Part shown: one piece after another, positions 30,235 to 39,541 of the stretch | Layout: each line of letters begins with the position of its first letter | How positions within the stretch are numbered: position 1 is the first letter of the stretch | Translations under genes and position numbers: made by a program | The notes under the pieces: generated by a model | The model's input: only the letters and a program-made list of their open reading frames with translations | Told to the model about the DNA's origin: nothing | The model's database searches: none | From: Thermoleophilaceae bacterium | Lineage (GTDB): Bacteria; Actinomycetota; Thermoleophilia; Solirubrobacterales; Thermoleophilaceae | Assembly: GCA_040881635.1 (NCBI GenBank) | Contig: JBBECV010000008.1 | Coordinates: 596 to 64,595 of the forward strand | Length of the DNA: 64,000 bases | Reading direction: 5' to 3'

Positions 30235-30879
30235 TCAGGCGGCGATGCGGCGGATGAGCTCGACGACGTCGGCGCGGAGCTCGGCGGCGTCGGTCCCGGT
30301 GGCCACGTGGTCGAGGAGGAGGCCGTCGAGGCCGGCGCAGAGGAGGCGGGTGCGGCGGTCGGGGTCGGGGACGGCGAGCTGCTCGAGGGCGTGGCCGAGG
30401 AGATCGCGATAAGCGCGGTCCCAGCGCTCGGCGGCCGGGCGCAGGTCGGGGCGGCGGGCGCTCTCGAGGTAGAGCTCGTACTGGGCGAGGAGGACGACCA
30501 GGTCGCCGGCCCAGATGTCGATCAGCGTGTCCGCGAGGCGCTCGGGAAGCGTCTCCGCGGCGGTGTCGAGCGCGCCGGCGCGAACGCCAGCGTCGATGCG
30601 GTCGGCCTCCCGGTCGGCGACGTGCTCGAGCGCCTGGGCGACCATGTCGTCCTTGGAGGAGAAGTAGTAGGTCGTCGACCCGAGCGGCACGCCGGCCTCA
30701 GCCGCGACGGCACGGTGGTCGACGGCCGCGATCCCACCGCGGCCGATCACGCGGACGGCGGCATCGAGCAGTGCGAGCCGTCGGCCGGCGCCGCGCCCCG
30801 TGGGAGGCGCAGCGCCTGGCGTGTCGGCGACACCGCTCGGCCGGGGGCCCGCAGGGGCTGAGGAGGGGCGCGCAGACAC
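30235..30879 (-). CDS. TetR-family transcriptional regulator
   Basis: 214 aa. The HTH reads LLDAAVRVIGRGGIAAVDHRAVAAEAGVPLGSTTYYFSSKDDMV. It lies 2 nt downstream of the SMR gene on the same strand. Confidence 0.9.
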   Translation of the reverse strand: MSARPSSAPAGPRPSGVADTPGAAPPTGRGAGRRLALLDAAVRVIGRGGIAAVDHRAVAAEAGVPLGSTTYYFSSKDDMVAQALEHVADREADRIDAGVRAGALDTAAETLPERLADTLIDIWAGDLVVLLAQYELYLESARRPDLRPAAERWDRAYRDLLGHALEQLAVPDPDRRTRLLCAGLDGLLLDHVATGTDAAELRADVVELIRRIAA

Positions 30880-30881
30880 GG

Positions 30882-31205
30882 TCAGTGGGCGGAGGACAGG
30901 TTCAGGCCGACGACGCCGGCGATCACGGCGACGAGGCTGACCGCTTTCAGCCCGGTGATCGGCTCATCCCAGGCGGCTACGCCGATCGCCGCGATCAGGG
31001 CGGTGCCGGCGCCGGCCCAGACCGCATATGCGAAGCCGATGTCGAGCTGCTTGAGCACCTGGGCCAGCAACCCGATCGAGACGACGTAGCCCACGACCAT
31101 GGCAACCGTGGGCGGCAGCTTCGACATGCCGTCGGACAGGCGCAGCATCACCGTGCCGAAGACCTCGGTGACGATTGCGAGGGCGAGCAGGATTCCGGCG
31201 GACAT
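30882..31205 (-). CDS. SMR-family small multidrug/quaternary-cation efflux protein
   Basis: 107 aa from the ATG at 31205. Four TM segments. ILLALAIVTEVFGTVMLRLS carries the conserved membrane Glu, followed by FAYAVWAGAGTALIA. Confidence 0.85.
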   Translation of the reverse strand: MSAGILLALAIVTEVFGTVMLRLSDGMSKLPPTVAMVVGYVVSIGLLAQVLKQLDIGFAYAVWAGAGTALIAAIGVAAWDEPITGLKAVSLVAVIAGVVGLNLSSAH

Positions 31206-31219
31206 TAGGGGGCTCCACG

Positions 31220-31250
31220 GTTGTACTGCAGTACATGTACAACTGTACAC
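31220..31250. promoter_or_regulatory. Cluster of TGTACA-type palindromes; candidate TetR operator for the smr-tetR operon
   Basis: TGTACTGCAGTACA is a perfect 14-bp palindrome at 31222-31235. It is followed immediately by TGTACAACTGTACA at 31236-31249. The cluster lies 15-45 nt upstream of the SMR start in an AT-richer divergent region. Confidence 0.5.
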
Positions 31251-31315
31251 CACCGCCGAGGGAGCCGTTAGGGTGGTCGTTTCCGCGCAAGCCCCCGAAA
31301 CGACTTCAGGAGCAG

Positions 31316-31786
31316 ATGGCCGACACCACCAAGCTGACCGCCTCCGCCTACGAGAAGCTCCAGGCCGAGATCGAGCGCCTCGAAGGCGAGGGGCGGCGCG
31401 AGATCGCGGCGCGGATCAAGACCGCGCGCGAGTGGGGCGACCTCAAGGAGAACGCCGAGTACCACGCCGCCAAGGAGGAGGCGGCGATGCTCGAGGCGCG
31501 GATCGAGGGGTTGCGCTCGCAGGTCCGCTCCGCGGAGGTCGTCGAGGCGGCCGACGGGGACGTCGCCGGCATGGGCTCCACCGTCACCTACACCGACGAG
31601 AAGACGGGCCGCGAGATGAGCCACAAGCTCGTCCCGAAGGTGGAGGCGGATCCCGCCGGCGGACTCATCTCGATCGACTCGCCCGTAGGCGAGGCTCTCG
31701 CCGGCTCGAAGGTCGGCGACACGCCCACATTCGAGAGCCCAGCCGGCCCGCGCACGATGCGCGTGCTCGCCATCGACCACTCCTGA
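31316..31786 (+). CDS. greA: Transcription elongation factor GreA
   Basis: 156 aa. LTASAYEKLQAEIERLEG...AREWGDLKENAEYHAAKEE...ISIDSPVGEALAG. Confidence 0.95.
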   Translation: MADTTKLTASAYEKLQAEIERLEGEGRREIAARIKTAREWGDLKENAEYHAAKEEAAMLEARIEGLRSQVRSAEVVEAADGDVAGMGSTVTYTDEKTGREMSHKLVPKVEADPAGGLISIDSPVGEALAGSKVGDTPTFESPAGPRTMRVLAIDHS

Positions 31787-31891
31787 GCGCCGCACTCGCC
31801 TGCAGCACGGGTGCAACCACCGGTTGGTGGTCGATAACTGCATGAAGCACGCGTTGCTCATCGTTATCGTTTGATCGCTATTCTCATCGAG

Positions 31892-32518
31892 ATGGACCTC
31901 GCAAACCCGCACCGCCTGATAGCGCACCCGCTCGACGGGTCCGTACTAACCGTCCTCGCTGGCACCACCCGCCCACTCACGGGTAGAGAGGTCGCTCGCC
32001 TCGCGCCAGAGGGGTCGCAGCCGGGCGTCTGGAAAGCGCTCACGCGGCTCTCGGAGCAGGGGCTCGTCGATCGGCAGGAGGCCGGCAACGCGATCCTCTA
32101 CTCGCTGAACCGCCATCACCTGGCGGCGCCGGCGATCGACATCCTCACCGGCCTCCGACGGCGGCTGCTCGCCAACCTTCGCGATGCAATCGCCGGATGG
32201 GCGGTCGCGCCCCACCACGCTTCGATGTTCGGGTCGGCGGCGCGCGGGGAGGCGGACATCGCCAGCGACATCGATCTCGTCTTGGTGCGCCCTCGCGACG
32301 TGGCGGCCGACGACCGCCGCTGGCGCGACCAGGTTGACGAGCTGTCGGACGCCGTCCACCTGTGGACGGGCAATCGCGCCGGGATCTCCGAGATCGACGA
32401 GCAAAAGGTCGAGCGCCTGCGCAAGGAGAGCCCGCCCATCGTCACCGCACTGCGCTCAGACGCCGTCACGCTGTTCGGCCCTGACGCCACCGACGTCTTC
32501 AGGCCGGACGGCCGATGA
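31892..32518 (+). CDS. wHTH + minimal nucleotidyltransferase (MNT) protein, putative antitoxin
   Basis: wHTH segment GREVARLA...VWKALTRLSEQGLVDRQEAGNAILYSLN. NTase motif FGSAARGEADIASDIDLVLV. The start is ATG at 31892 (or TTG at 31871). Confidence 0.75.
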   Translation: MDLANPHRLIAHPLDGSVLTVLAGTTRPLTGREVARLAPEGSQPGVWKALTRLSEQGLVDRQEAGNAILYSLNRHHLAAPAIDILTGLRRRLLANLRDAIAGWAVAPHHASMFGSAARGEADIASDIDLVLVRPRDVAADDRRWRDQVDELSDAVHLWTGNRAGISEIDEQKVERLRKESPPIVTALRSDAVTLFGPDATDVFRPDGR

Positions 32519-32937
32519 GGGCGGGCGGCCGCACACAGAGATGCGACAGCGCGGACGCACGACGGAGGCTGCAGCATGCCAAGCAGTTCCTCGCCGTCGG
32601 CGAGCTGGCGGCCGATGATCAGAGAGAGGATGGAAGCCTCGAGTACGGCAATGCCGCGGCGACGCTCGCGGTCCTAGCCGGCATCGCCGCGGCCGATGCC
32701 GCCTGCTGCAAGGCACTTGGTCGGCGATCGCGGGCCGACGACCATCAGGAGGCCTCGGTGCTCGTGCGCCAGGTCGCCGACGTAGGGGACCAAGCCGCGA
32801 AGGAGTTGCGAGCGTTGATCGCCCTCAAGAACGACGCTCAGTACGGCTTCTACACCGTAGGAGGCACCGAGCTGACCGGTGCCCTGCGGCGGGCGCGGCG
32901 ACTGGTCGATCTCGCCGAGCTGGTGTTGACCCGGTAG
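32515..32937 (+). CDS. HEPN-like protein, putative toxin partner of MNT
   Basis: 140 aa with an ATGA overlap with the MNT gene. Helical protein with RSRADDH (Rx5H), plus LAGIAAADAACCKALG and KNDAQYG motifs typical of actinobacterial HEPN partners. Confidence 0.6.
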   Translation: MRAGGRTQRCDSADARRRLQHAKQFLAVGELAADDQREDGSLEYGNAAATLAVLAGIAAADAACCKALGRRSRADDHQEASVLVRQVADVGDQAAKELRALIALKNDAQYGFYTVGGTELTGALRRARRLVDLAELVLTR

Positions 32938-32943
32938 CCGGCC

Positions 32944-34026
32944 TCAGGCCGCCGGGCGCGGGGCGAGGGCGGGGTCGTCCTCGTGGCTGCGGAAGAACTC
33001 GACCATCGGCTCGACGTAGGAGCTGAAGTGGGGCGGCGTGAGGCCGTGGGGGGCGAGCAGATCGACCGCGCGGCGGGTGTCGAACGTAACCGGGTGGTTG
33101 AGGTAGGCGATCGACTCGGCCGGGGTGTCGGAGAAGCGCTTGCGGATCGGGCCGAAGCGCAGCGCGCCCTCGGCGACCGCCGGCGGCAGGCTGCCCTTCG
33201 GGGCGCGGCCCGAGTACTGCTGGGCGAGCAGCTCGACGAGCTCGCGGGCGCTGACCGGGTCGGGGTCGACGAGATGGAGCGTCTCCCCCTCGGTCGCCGG
33301 ATCCAAGCCGGCGGCGGCGATCGCGCGCACGACGTAGTCGACCGGGACGACGTTGAAGTGAGCGCCCGAGCGGCCGATCTGCATCGGCGGGCGGCCCTGG
33401 CGCTGGGCCTGGGAGATCGCGCGCAGGAGGTAGTAGGGGCCGTCGAACTTCTGGGTCTCCCCCGTCTGCGAGTCGCCGACGACGATCGCCGGGCGCAGGA
33501 TCGTGGTCGGGACCCGGTCGATCTCCTCGCGAACCCAGACCTCGGCCTGGAACTTCGTCGACTCGTAGTGGTTCTTGAACTCCTGGCCCATCACGAGCTC
33601 GTGCTCGTAGACGACGCCGCCGCGCTTGCCGGCGACGTAGGCGGTGCTGACGTAGACGAGCCGCTCGAGCTTCTTCGCGGCGAGGCAGAGCTCGAGCACG
33701 TTGCCGGTGCCATCGACGTTGACGCGCTGGGCGAGCTCCTTCGGCACGGCGAGGTCGTAGATCGCGGCGAGGTGGTAGACGCGGCGGACATCGGCGGCGA
33801 GCCGCTCCCAGTCCGAGTCGCCGAGCCCGAGGCGGCGCTCGGCGATGTCGCCCGCCAGGACCTCGATTCGGTCGGCGTCGATCTCGGCGGCGGCGTCGAC
33901 GGCGGCCTCGAGCATGCGCGGCTCCACGAGCGCGATCGCGCGGCCGCGGCGGTCGTCGTCGAGGACCTGGCGGACGAGGCGACGGCCGATGAAGCCGGGG
34001 AAGCCGGTGAGCAGAGAGGTGGGCAT
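32944..34026 (-). CDS. SDR-family NAD(P)-dependent reductase (NAD_binding_4 / acyl-reductase-like)
   Basis: 360 aa. LLTGFPGFIGRRLV, VYHLAAIYDL, YVSTAYVAG. Confidence 0.75.
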   Translation of the reverse strand: MPTSLLTGFPGFIGRRLVRQVLDDDRRGRAIALVEPRMLEAAVDAAAEIDADRIEVLAGDIAERRLGLGDSDWERLAADVRRVYHLAAIYDLAVPKELAQRVNVDGTGNVLELCLAAKKLERLVYVSTAYVAGKRGGVVYEHELVMGQEFKNHYESTKFQAEVWVREEIDRVPTTILRPAIVVGDSQTGETQKFDGPYYLLRAISQAQRQGRPPMQIGRSGAHFNVVPVDYVVRAIAAAGLDPATEGETLHLVDPDPVSARELVELLAQQYSGRAPKGSLPPAVAEGALRFGPIRKRFSDTPAESIAYLNHPVTFDTRRAVDLLAPHGLTPPHFSSYVEPMVEFFRSHEDDPALAPRPAA

Positions 34027-35041
34027 GGCGCAGAACCTATGTCACGACGACGCCAGCAGGCGCCGGTCACCGCTCCCGCGGACGGATAGGCTCGACAACG
34101 TGCAACGCGATGCCGAGCCGGCCACCGCCCCCTCCCCGCCCGAGATCCCCGGCGCCCGGCAGCGCACGGTCTCGATCGAGACGCACGACGCCGGGCCGCT
34201 CGACGTGCACCTCTACGAGGCCGGCGACGGGCCACCGGTGCTCCTGCTGCACGGCTGGCCCCAGAACGCCTGGTGCTGGCGGCACGTCATCCCCCTGCTC
34301 GCCGACCGCCACCGCCTGATCGCGCCGGACCTGCGCGGATTCGGCTGGTCGGGCGCTCCCGCCGGCGGCTACGACGGCGCGACGTTCGGCGCCGACGCCA
34401 TCGCCCTGCTCGACGCGCTCGAGATCGAGCGCGCTCACCTGATCGGCCACGACTGGGGCGGCTTCGCGACGTTCGCGGCCGGCCTCGCGGCACCCCGGCG
34501 GGTCGCGAGCATGGTCGTGCTCAACACCGTGCCGCCGTGGGTGGAGCCCTCCCCGCGGCTCGCGCTCGAGCTGTGGCGGACGTGGTACGCCCTCGTGCTC
34601 GCCGCCGCCGGGGAGCGGATCGCCCGCTCGCGCCCCGACCTGATCGCGCGCGTGCTGCGCGCCGACGCCGTCCAGCGCGACGCGATCTCCCGCGAGGACG
34701 CGCAGGCCTACGCGCGCGCCCTCCAGCGCCCGGAGAGCGCCCGCGCCACGCAGCTCCTCTACCGCAGCTACGTGCGCTCGTTCCGCGAGGTGATGATCCG
34801 CCGGCGCTACGAGGGCCTGCGGCTCGCCGTGCCGACCCGCTTCCTCTTCGGCACCAACGACGCGGCGATCTCCCGGCGCATGCTGCGCGGCGTCGAGCGC
34901 CACTGCGACGACATCGTCGTCGAGCCGGTCGAGGACTCGGGCCACTTCATCGCCGAGGAGAAGCCCGAGCTGGTCGCCGCGCGGGCGGCCGAGCTGTTCG
35001 CAGCGCACCCCGCCGACGCCGCGGACGCCGCCGAGCAATAG
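34025..35041 (+). CDS. Alpha/beta hydrolase (epoxide hydrolase-like)
   Basis: PPVLLLHGWPQNAWCWRHVIPLL...APDLRGFGWS...LIGHDWGG. The start is uncertain (ATG at 34025 or GTG at about 34100). Confidence 0.8.
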   Translation: MAQNLCHDDASRRRSPLPRTDRLDNVQRDAEPATAPSPPEIPGARQRTVSIETHDAGPLDVHLYEAGDGPPVLLLHGWPQNAWCWRHVIPLLADRHRLIAPDLRGFGWSGAPAGGYDGATFGADAIALLDALEIERAHLIGHDWGGFATFAAGLAAPRRVASMVVLNTVPPWVEPSPRLALELWRTWYALVLAAAGERIARSRPDLIARVLRADAVQRDAISREDAQAYARALQRPESARATQLLYRSYVRSFREVMIRRRYEGLRLAVPTRFLFGTNDAAISRRMLRGVERHCDDIVVEPVEDSGHFIAEEKPELVAARAAELFAAHPADAADAAEQ

Positions 35042-35051
35042 GCTCAGCGCG

Positions 35052-35519
35052 ATGGCGCCAGACGGACCGGTCCTGCTCGCCTACGACGGCTCAGATTCGG
35101 CCAAGGCCGCGATCTCGGAGGCCGGGCGGCTGCTCGCGCTCGACGGCGCGGAGGCGATCGTCGGATCGGTCTGGCAGTCGGCGGCCGCGGCAGCGCCCGC
35201 GACCGTGATCGCGATCCCGGCCGGGGTGGCGCGCCAAGCCTACGAGGAGCTCGACCGCGAGGCCGAGGAGCAGGCGAAGGCGCTCGCCGACGAGGGCGTG
35301 AAGCTCGCGCGCGATGCCGGCTTCGAGGCTACCTCGCGCCCGATCGTCTGCGACGTCAACACCTGGAGCACGATCGTCGAGCTCGCCGACGAGACGGGCG
35401 CGTCGGCGATCGTGGTCGGGACGCGCGGACACTCGGGCGTCAAGTCCGCCCTGCTGGGCAGCGTCTCGAGCGGCGTCGTCCACCACGCCCGCCAGCCGGT
35501 GCTCGTGGTGCGCGGCTGA
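35052..35519 (+). CDS. Universal stress protein (UspA family)
   Basis: 155 aa. VLLAYDGSDSA...IVVGTRGHSGVKSALLGSVSSGVVHHARQPVLVV. Confidence 0.9.
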   Translation: MAPDGPVLLAYDGSDSAKAAISEAGRLLALDGAEAIVGSVWQSAAAAAPATVIAIPAGVARQAYEELDREAEEQAKALADEGVKLARDAGFEATSRPIVCDVNTWSTIVELADETGASAIVVGTRGHSGVKSALLGSVSSGVVHHARQPVLVVRG

Positions 35520-35670
35520 CCCGCGCGACGCCGGCGCTTCGCCGGATCGACATGGAGCATTTCCTCGGCACGGCGTTCGCGTCAGCGCTGCTGATCGCGG
35601 CGTCGATGTACCACCGGCTCGTCTTCCAGCGCGGTGCGCCGTCCGGGCGCGATGCGACCGTGTAGCGTCA

Positions 35671-36438
35671 ATGTCCCTCGCAGCATCCGATCGAGCGCCC
35701 GGCCTGCTGCTCGGCGACGGCGCCAAGATCGGCGATGGCTGCGACATCGGCGGGCACGTCGTCATCCACGCCGGCGCGGTCGTCGGCGACCGGTGCGTCA
35801 TCGGATCGGGGGTCGTCATCCATCCCGGCGTGGAGCTCGGCGCGGGCTGCCGCGTCGACGACCTCGCGATCCTCGGGAAGCGCGCGCGGCTGGCGCCGCA
35901 CTCGAAGGCCACGGGAGGGCATGACGAGCGGCTGCCGATCGGCGAGGGGGCGACGATCGGGGCAGGCGCGATCGTCTTCGCCGGGGCGCGCATCGGCACC
36001 GGCGCGATCGTCGCCGATCAGGCGCACGTGCGCGAGGGCGCGGTCATCGGCGAGCGGACCGTGATCGGTCGCGGGACCGGCGTGGGCGTCGATACGCGCG
36101 TCGGAGACCGCGTGCGCGTGCAGTCGAACGTCCACCTGACCTCGGGGGTCGTCGTCGAAGACGACGTCTTCATCGGCCCGGGCACGATCACGACCAATGA
36201 CCAGACGATGGCTCGCTACGCGACCGGCGAGCGCTCGGGCGGCGCGGTGATCCGGCGCGCGAGCCGGGTCGGCGGCGCCAGCGTGCTCGTTCCCGACGCC
36301 GAGATCGGCGAGGAGGCGTTCGTCGCCGCCGGCGCCGTGGTCACGCGCGACGTGCCGTCGCGGGCGATCGCGATGGGCGTGCCGGCACGCGAGCGGGGCA
36401 CCGTTCCAGACGAGGATCTGCTCGAGCGCTGGCGCTGA
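35671..36438 (+). CDS. Left-handed beta-helix (hexapeptide-repeat) acyl/acetyltransferase
   Basis: 255 aa from the ATG at 35671. Runs of hexapeptide repeats (IGDGCDIGGHVVIHAGAVVGDRCVIGSGVVIHPG...). Paralogue of 62015-62728. Confidence 0.8.
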   Translation: MSLAASDRAPGLLLGDGAKIGDGCDIGGHVVIHAGAVVGDRCVIGSGVVIHPGVELGAGCRVDDLAILGKRARLAPHSKATGGHDERLPIGEGATIGAGAIVFAGARIGTGAIVADQAHVREGAVIGERTVIGRGTGVGVDTRVGDRVRVQSNVHLTSGVVVEDDVFIGPGTITTNDQTMARYATGERSGGAVIRRASRVGGASVLVPDAEIGEEAFVAAGAVVTRDVPSRAIAMGVPARERGTVPDEDLLERWR

Positions 36439-36474
36439 GCGCCCGCCGGTCCACGGTCGGCGCGGGCGGCGAGA

Positions 36475-37332
36475 TCAGCGCGCGACCGGCGTGGGCGCCG
36501 GCGAAAGCCCGAGCGCCGCGCGGACCTCGGCGGGCGTCGCCGGGCGGCGGCCCGCCGTCTCGGCGAGCTCGACCACGCGGCGGACCAGCGCCACGTTGGT
36601 CGCCGGCTCCTTGCCGGCGAGGTACGGGTTATCCTCCAGGCCCGTGCGGACGTGGCCACCCATGAACACGGCGAGCGCGTTCATCGGCAGCTGGTAGGCG
36701 CCGATGCCCGCCGCCGCCCAGACGGTGTCCGGCGGCAGCGTCTCGACGATGTGCGCGAGGTCGCCAGCGGTCGCCCGAGCCGTGTAGGGGGAGCCCAGCA
36801 GGACGTTCGCGTAGAGCGGCGGCTCGACGAGCCCGCGATCGAGGAACGTCCGTGCGACGGCCGCCATGCCGGAGTGGAAGACCTCCAGCTCCGGCTTGAC
36901 GCCGCGCTCGCGCATCCGCTCCGCGAGCGCCTCGACGGTCGCGGGCGCGTTCACGCTCGCGCCGGTGCGGAAGTCGAGCGACCCGAGCGTCAGGCTCGCC
37001 ATGTCGGGCTTGGCTGCGCCCTCGAGCTCGAGCACGTCTGCGCGGCGATCTATCTCCCCGAAGGTGCGACCACTCGTCGTCACGCAGACGACCACGCCCG
37101 GGCAGCGCTCGCGCACGCCGGCAACCATCTCGGCGTAGGCCGAGCGCTCCCACGCCGGCTGGCCGTCGGCGTCCCGAGCGTGTAGATGGAGGACCGACGC
37201 GCCGGCGTCGACGCAGCGCTCGGCATCCGCGACGATCGCCTCGGGCGTGATCGGCACGTGCGGAACGCGGTCCGGCATCGGCACCATCCCGGTGAGGGCG
37301 GCGTTGACGACGAGGGGCGGGTACGGGCTCAA
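36475..37332 (-). CDS. 3-keto-5-aminohexanoate cleavage enzyme family (BKACE/DUF849)
   Basis: 285 aa. LVVNAALTGMVP...PITPEAIVADAERCVDAGASVLHLHARD. Confidence 0.8.
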   Translation of the reverse strand: MSPYPPLVVNAALTGMVPMPDRVPHVPITPEAIVADAERCVDAGASVLHLHARDADGQPAWERSAYAEMVAGVRERCPGVVVCVTTSGRTFGEIDRRADVLELEGAAKPDMASLTLGSLDFRTGASVNAPATVEALAERMRERGVKPELEVFHSGMAAVARTFLDRGLVEPPLYANVLLGSPYTARATAGDLAHIVETLPPDTVWAAAGIGAYQLPMNALAVFMGGHVRTGLEDNPYLAGKEPATNVALVRRVVELAETAGRRPATPAEVRAALGLSPAPTPVAR

Positions 37333-37355
37333 CGGCGGCGGCGGGTGGGCTTGCG

Positions 37356-39539
37356 CTACGAGCGAGATGGCTCCTCCTTCGGGGTGACGGCGCCGCTATC
37401 CGTTCCGCTGGCGCCGGCGGACCGCTCGGCCGCGACCTTCAGAGCCGCCCTCAAACCGCCCTCGACCTGCTCGGCGGCGCGGTCCCAGCTCGCGCCGCGG
37501 ACGAACTCGAGCCCCGCCTGCGCGCGTGCGCGGCGACGGTCGCGGTCGTCGAGCAGGCGCTCTATCGCGTCGGCGAGCGCGATCGGATCGGCGTCGGCGA
37601 GCTCGACCACGCCATCGCGGCCGAAGACCGCCTCGGCGCTCCCGCCCTCGACGTCGACGCACGGCAGGCCGCAGGCCATCATCTCCTGCGGGATCAGCGA
37701 GTAGTGCGTCAGCGACAGGCAGAGGCCGACGGTCGCCTCGGAGTAGGTCCAGGCGAGGCGCTCGGGGGCGGTGATGCCGAGCTGCTCGTACTCGAAGGTG
37801 GTCGCGACGTCGTTGGTGTCGCCGAACATGACGACGCGGACGTCGGGCCGCCGCCGCTTGAGCTCCTCGAGCGCGAGCGCGCCCAGCGGCACGGCGCGGC
37901 GCGGCGTGACGCCGCGCGCGTAGAAGGCGACGGTGTCGTCGCGCCGGCGCACCGGTCGGGGCCGGTAGACGCGCTGGTCGACGCCGAACGAGTACCAGGT
38001 GCCCTCGCCGCCGTAGCGGTCGATGACGAGGTCGTGCAGCCACGAGCTGCCCGCGATCACGTGGAAGCCAAGGCCGTAGGTCTGCTCGGCCCAGAGGCGC
38101 TCGGCGGACGTCGCGAAGAACTCGGGCTCGTGGTCGCTCACAAGATAGGCGCGCGCACGGCAACGGTCGCGCCGCGCCAGCGGGAACGCCGTCTCCCAGC
38201 CGGTGGCGACCGCGACATCGGCGCCATGCCAATCGGCGAAGCCGGTGAAGAAGGGCGCGCGGATCGGCGTGAACCACTCGAGCGCCCGCCGGCGCCAGAC
38301 GGCGGGCGCCGCGCCGTGCTGCCTGCCCTCCGGGTGGTGGACCCAGATGGTGCAGGTGTGGCCGGCCTCCTCGAGCCGGCGGATCAGCTCGAAGATCAGG
38401 GCGTGGCCGCCGCTGCCGCGGCGGAACGGGGGGATCGCGAAGGCGAGGTGCAGGCGCTCGCGCTCCGCCTGCCCCGGCACCGGCTCGAGCAGCGGGACGG
38501 TGCCCTCGCGAGCGAGGTCGAGCAGGTCGCCGTGGTCGGGCGAGCTGCGCGCAGGCGGCACGGTCGCCCCCCGCGGCGGGCCGTCCTGGCGCGCCGGCGG
38601 CCCGCCGTGCGGCGCGCTACCGGCGCCCGCGCCGCGGCCCTCGAGCGACAGCCGACTCTGCATGCCGTCGGGCAGCCGGTGGGCACGTGAGCCGAGCACG
38701 GCGCCGACCCTGCGGCCGCCGTGGTGCAGGGCGGACCGCAGCGCCCAACGCGCCCGCTCGCCGCCACCGATCTCGCGCGCTCGCATCCAGCGCAAGTCGG
38801 CGCGGACGCGCGTGGCGACGTCACGGGCGGCCACCGTCGGACGCGCCGACTCGACATGGCCGATCGTCTCGCGCAGACCGCGGTACTCGTCGAAGTAGCG
38901 GCGCGTGAAGTCGACGACCCCGTAGTCGTGCGCGTGCAGGACGGCCGCGGCGGGGTGGTAGACCTTCGCCCAGCCCGCCGCGAGCATCGCGCGGCCGAAC
39001 GCCTGGTCCTCGGCGTAGGGCACGTCGTCGAAGCGGATCTGCTCCCAGCAGGCGCGCGCGTACGCGGCGTTCACGTTCGAGAGGAAAGCCAGGTCGCCGT
39101 CCCGGTGGACCGCGGGCGCGCCGTCGACGCTCATGGTGGCGAAGAACTCGTCGAGCTCGCGCGCGATCATCGGGCTCGTCTCGGGGTGCGGCAGGTGCGG
39201 CCCGTAGCTCGCCCCCACGTCGGCGGTCAGCTCCAGCGCCTCGCGGTGCGCCGCGAGCCAGCCGGGCACCGGGATCGCGTCCTGGGTCAGGAAGCAGATC
39301 GGATCGCCCGACGTCCGCTCGGCGCCGAGGTTGCGCGTGCGGCCGTGACCGAACTCGTCGGGCGCTATCTCGAGCAGCTCGACGCCAAAGCCGCGCGCGA
39401 TCTCGCGCGAGCGGTCGCGCGATCCCGAGTCGATCACCAGCACCTCGACGTCCTCGCCCTGCTCGGCGATCGCCGCCAGCACCCGCTCGAGCCAGCGCTC
39501 GCCGTCCTTGACCGGGATGACCGCAGACGCGTGCGCCAT
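37356..39539 (-). CDS. Two-domain glycosyltransferase (N-terminal GT2 + C-terminal GT4/GT-B-like)
   Basis: 727 aa from the ATG at 39539, 2 nt after the upstream stop. GT2 domain: AVIPVKDGERWLERVLAAI...VLVIDSGSRDRS...FLTQDAIP. C-terminal half: GT-B-like (GHTCTIWVH...EMMACGLPCVDVEGG). Confidence 0.8.
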   Translation of the reverse strand: MAHASAVIPVKDGERWLERVLAAIAEQGEDVEVLVIDSGSRDRSREIARGFGVELLEIAPDEFGHGRTRNLGAERTSGDPICFLTQDAIPVPGWLAAHREALELTADVGASYGPHLPHPETSPMIARELDEFFATMSVDGAPAVHRDGDLAFLSNVNAAYARACWEQIRFDDVPYAEDQAFGRAMLAAGWAKVYHPAAAVLHAHDYGVVDFTRRYFDEYRGLRETIGHVESARPTVAARDVATRVRADLRWMRAREIGGGERARWALRSALHHGGRRVGAVLGSRAHRLPDGMQSRLSLEGRGAGAGSAPHGGPPARQDGPPRGATVPPARSSPDHGDLLDLAREGTVPLLEPVPGQAERERLHLAFAIPPFRRGSGGHALIFELIRRLEEAGHTCTIWVHHPEGRQHGAAPAVWRRRALEWFTPIRAPFFTGFADWHGADVAVATGWETAFPLARRDRCRARAYLVSDHEPEFFATSAERLWAEQTYGLGFHVIAGSSWLHDLVIDRYGGEGTWYSFGVDQRVYRPRPVRRRDDTVAFYARGVTPRRAVPLGALALEELKRRRPDVRVVMFGDTNDVATTFEYEQLGITAPERLAWTYSEATVGLCLSLTHYSLIPQEMMACGLPCVDVEGGSAEAVFGRDGVVELADADPIALADAIERLLDDRDRRRARAQAGLEFVRGASWDRAAEQVEGGLRAALKVAAERSAGASGTDSGAVTPKEEPSRS

Positions 39540-39541
39540 CG

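Noticed and set aside
31206-31315. Guanidine (mini-ykkC / ykkC-III) riboswitch upstream of the SMR pump (two ACGR tetranucleotides, ACGA and ACGG, on the minus strand)
   Set aside because: The sequences flanking the ACGR motifs are not complementary, so the two required hairpins cannot form. A TetR operator is the simpler explanation for control.
31816-31831. Hairpin ACCACC-GGTT-GGTGGT after greA as an intrinsic terminator
   Set aside because: It has only a 6-bp stem and no following T-tract, so the support is too weak to annotate.
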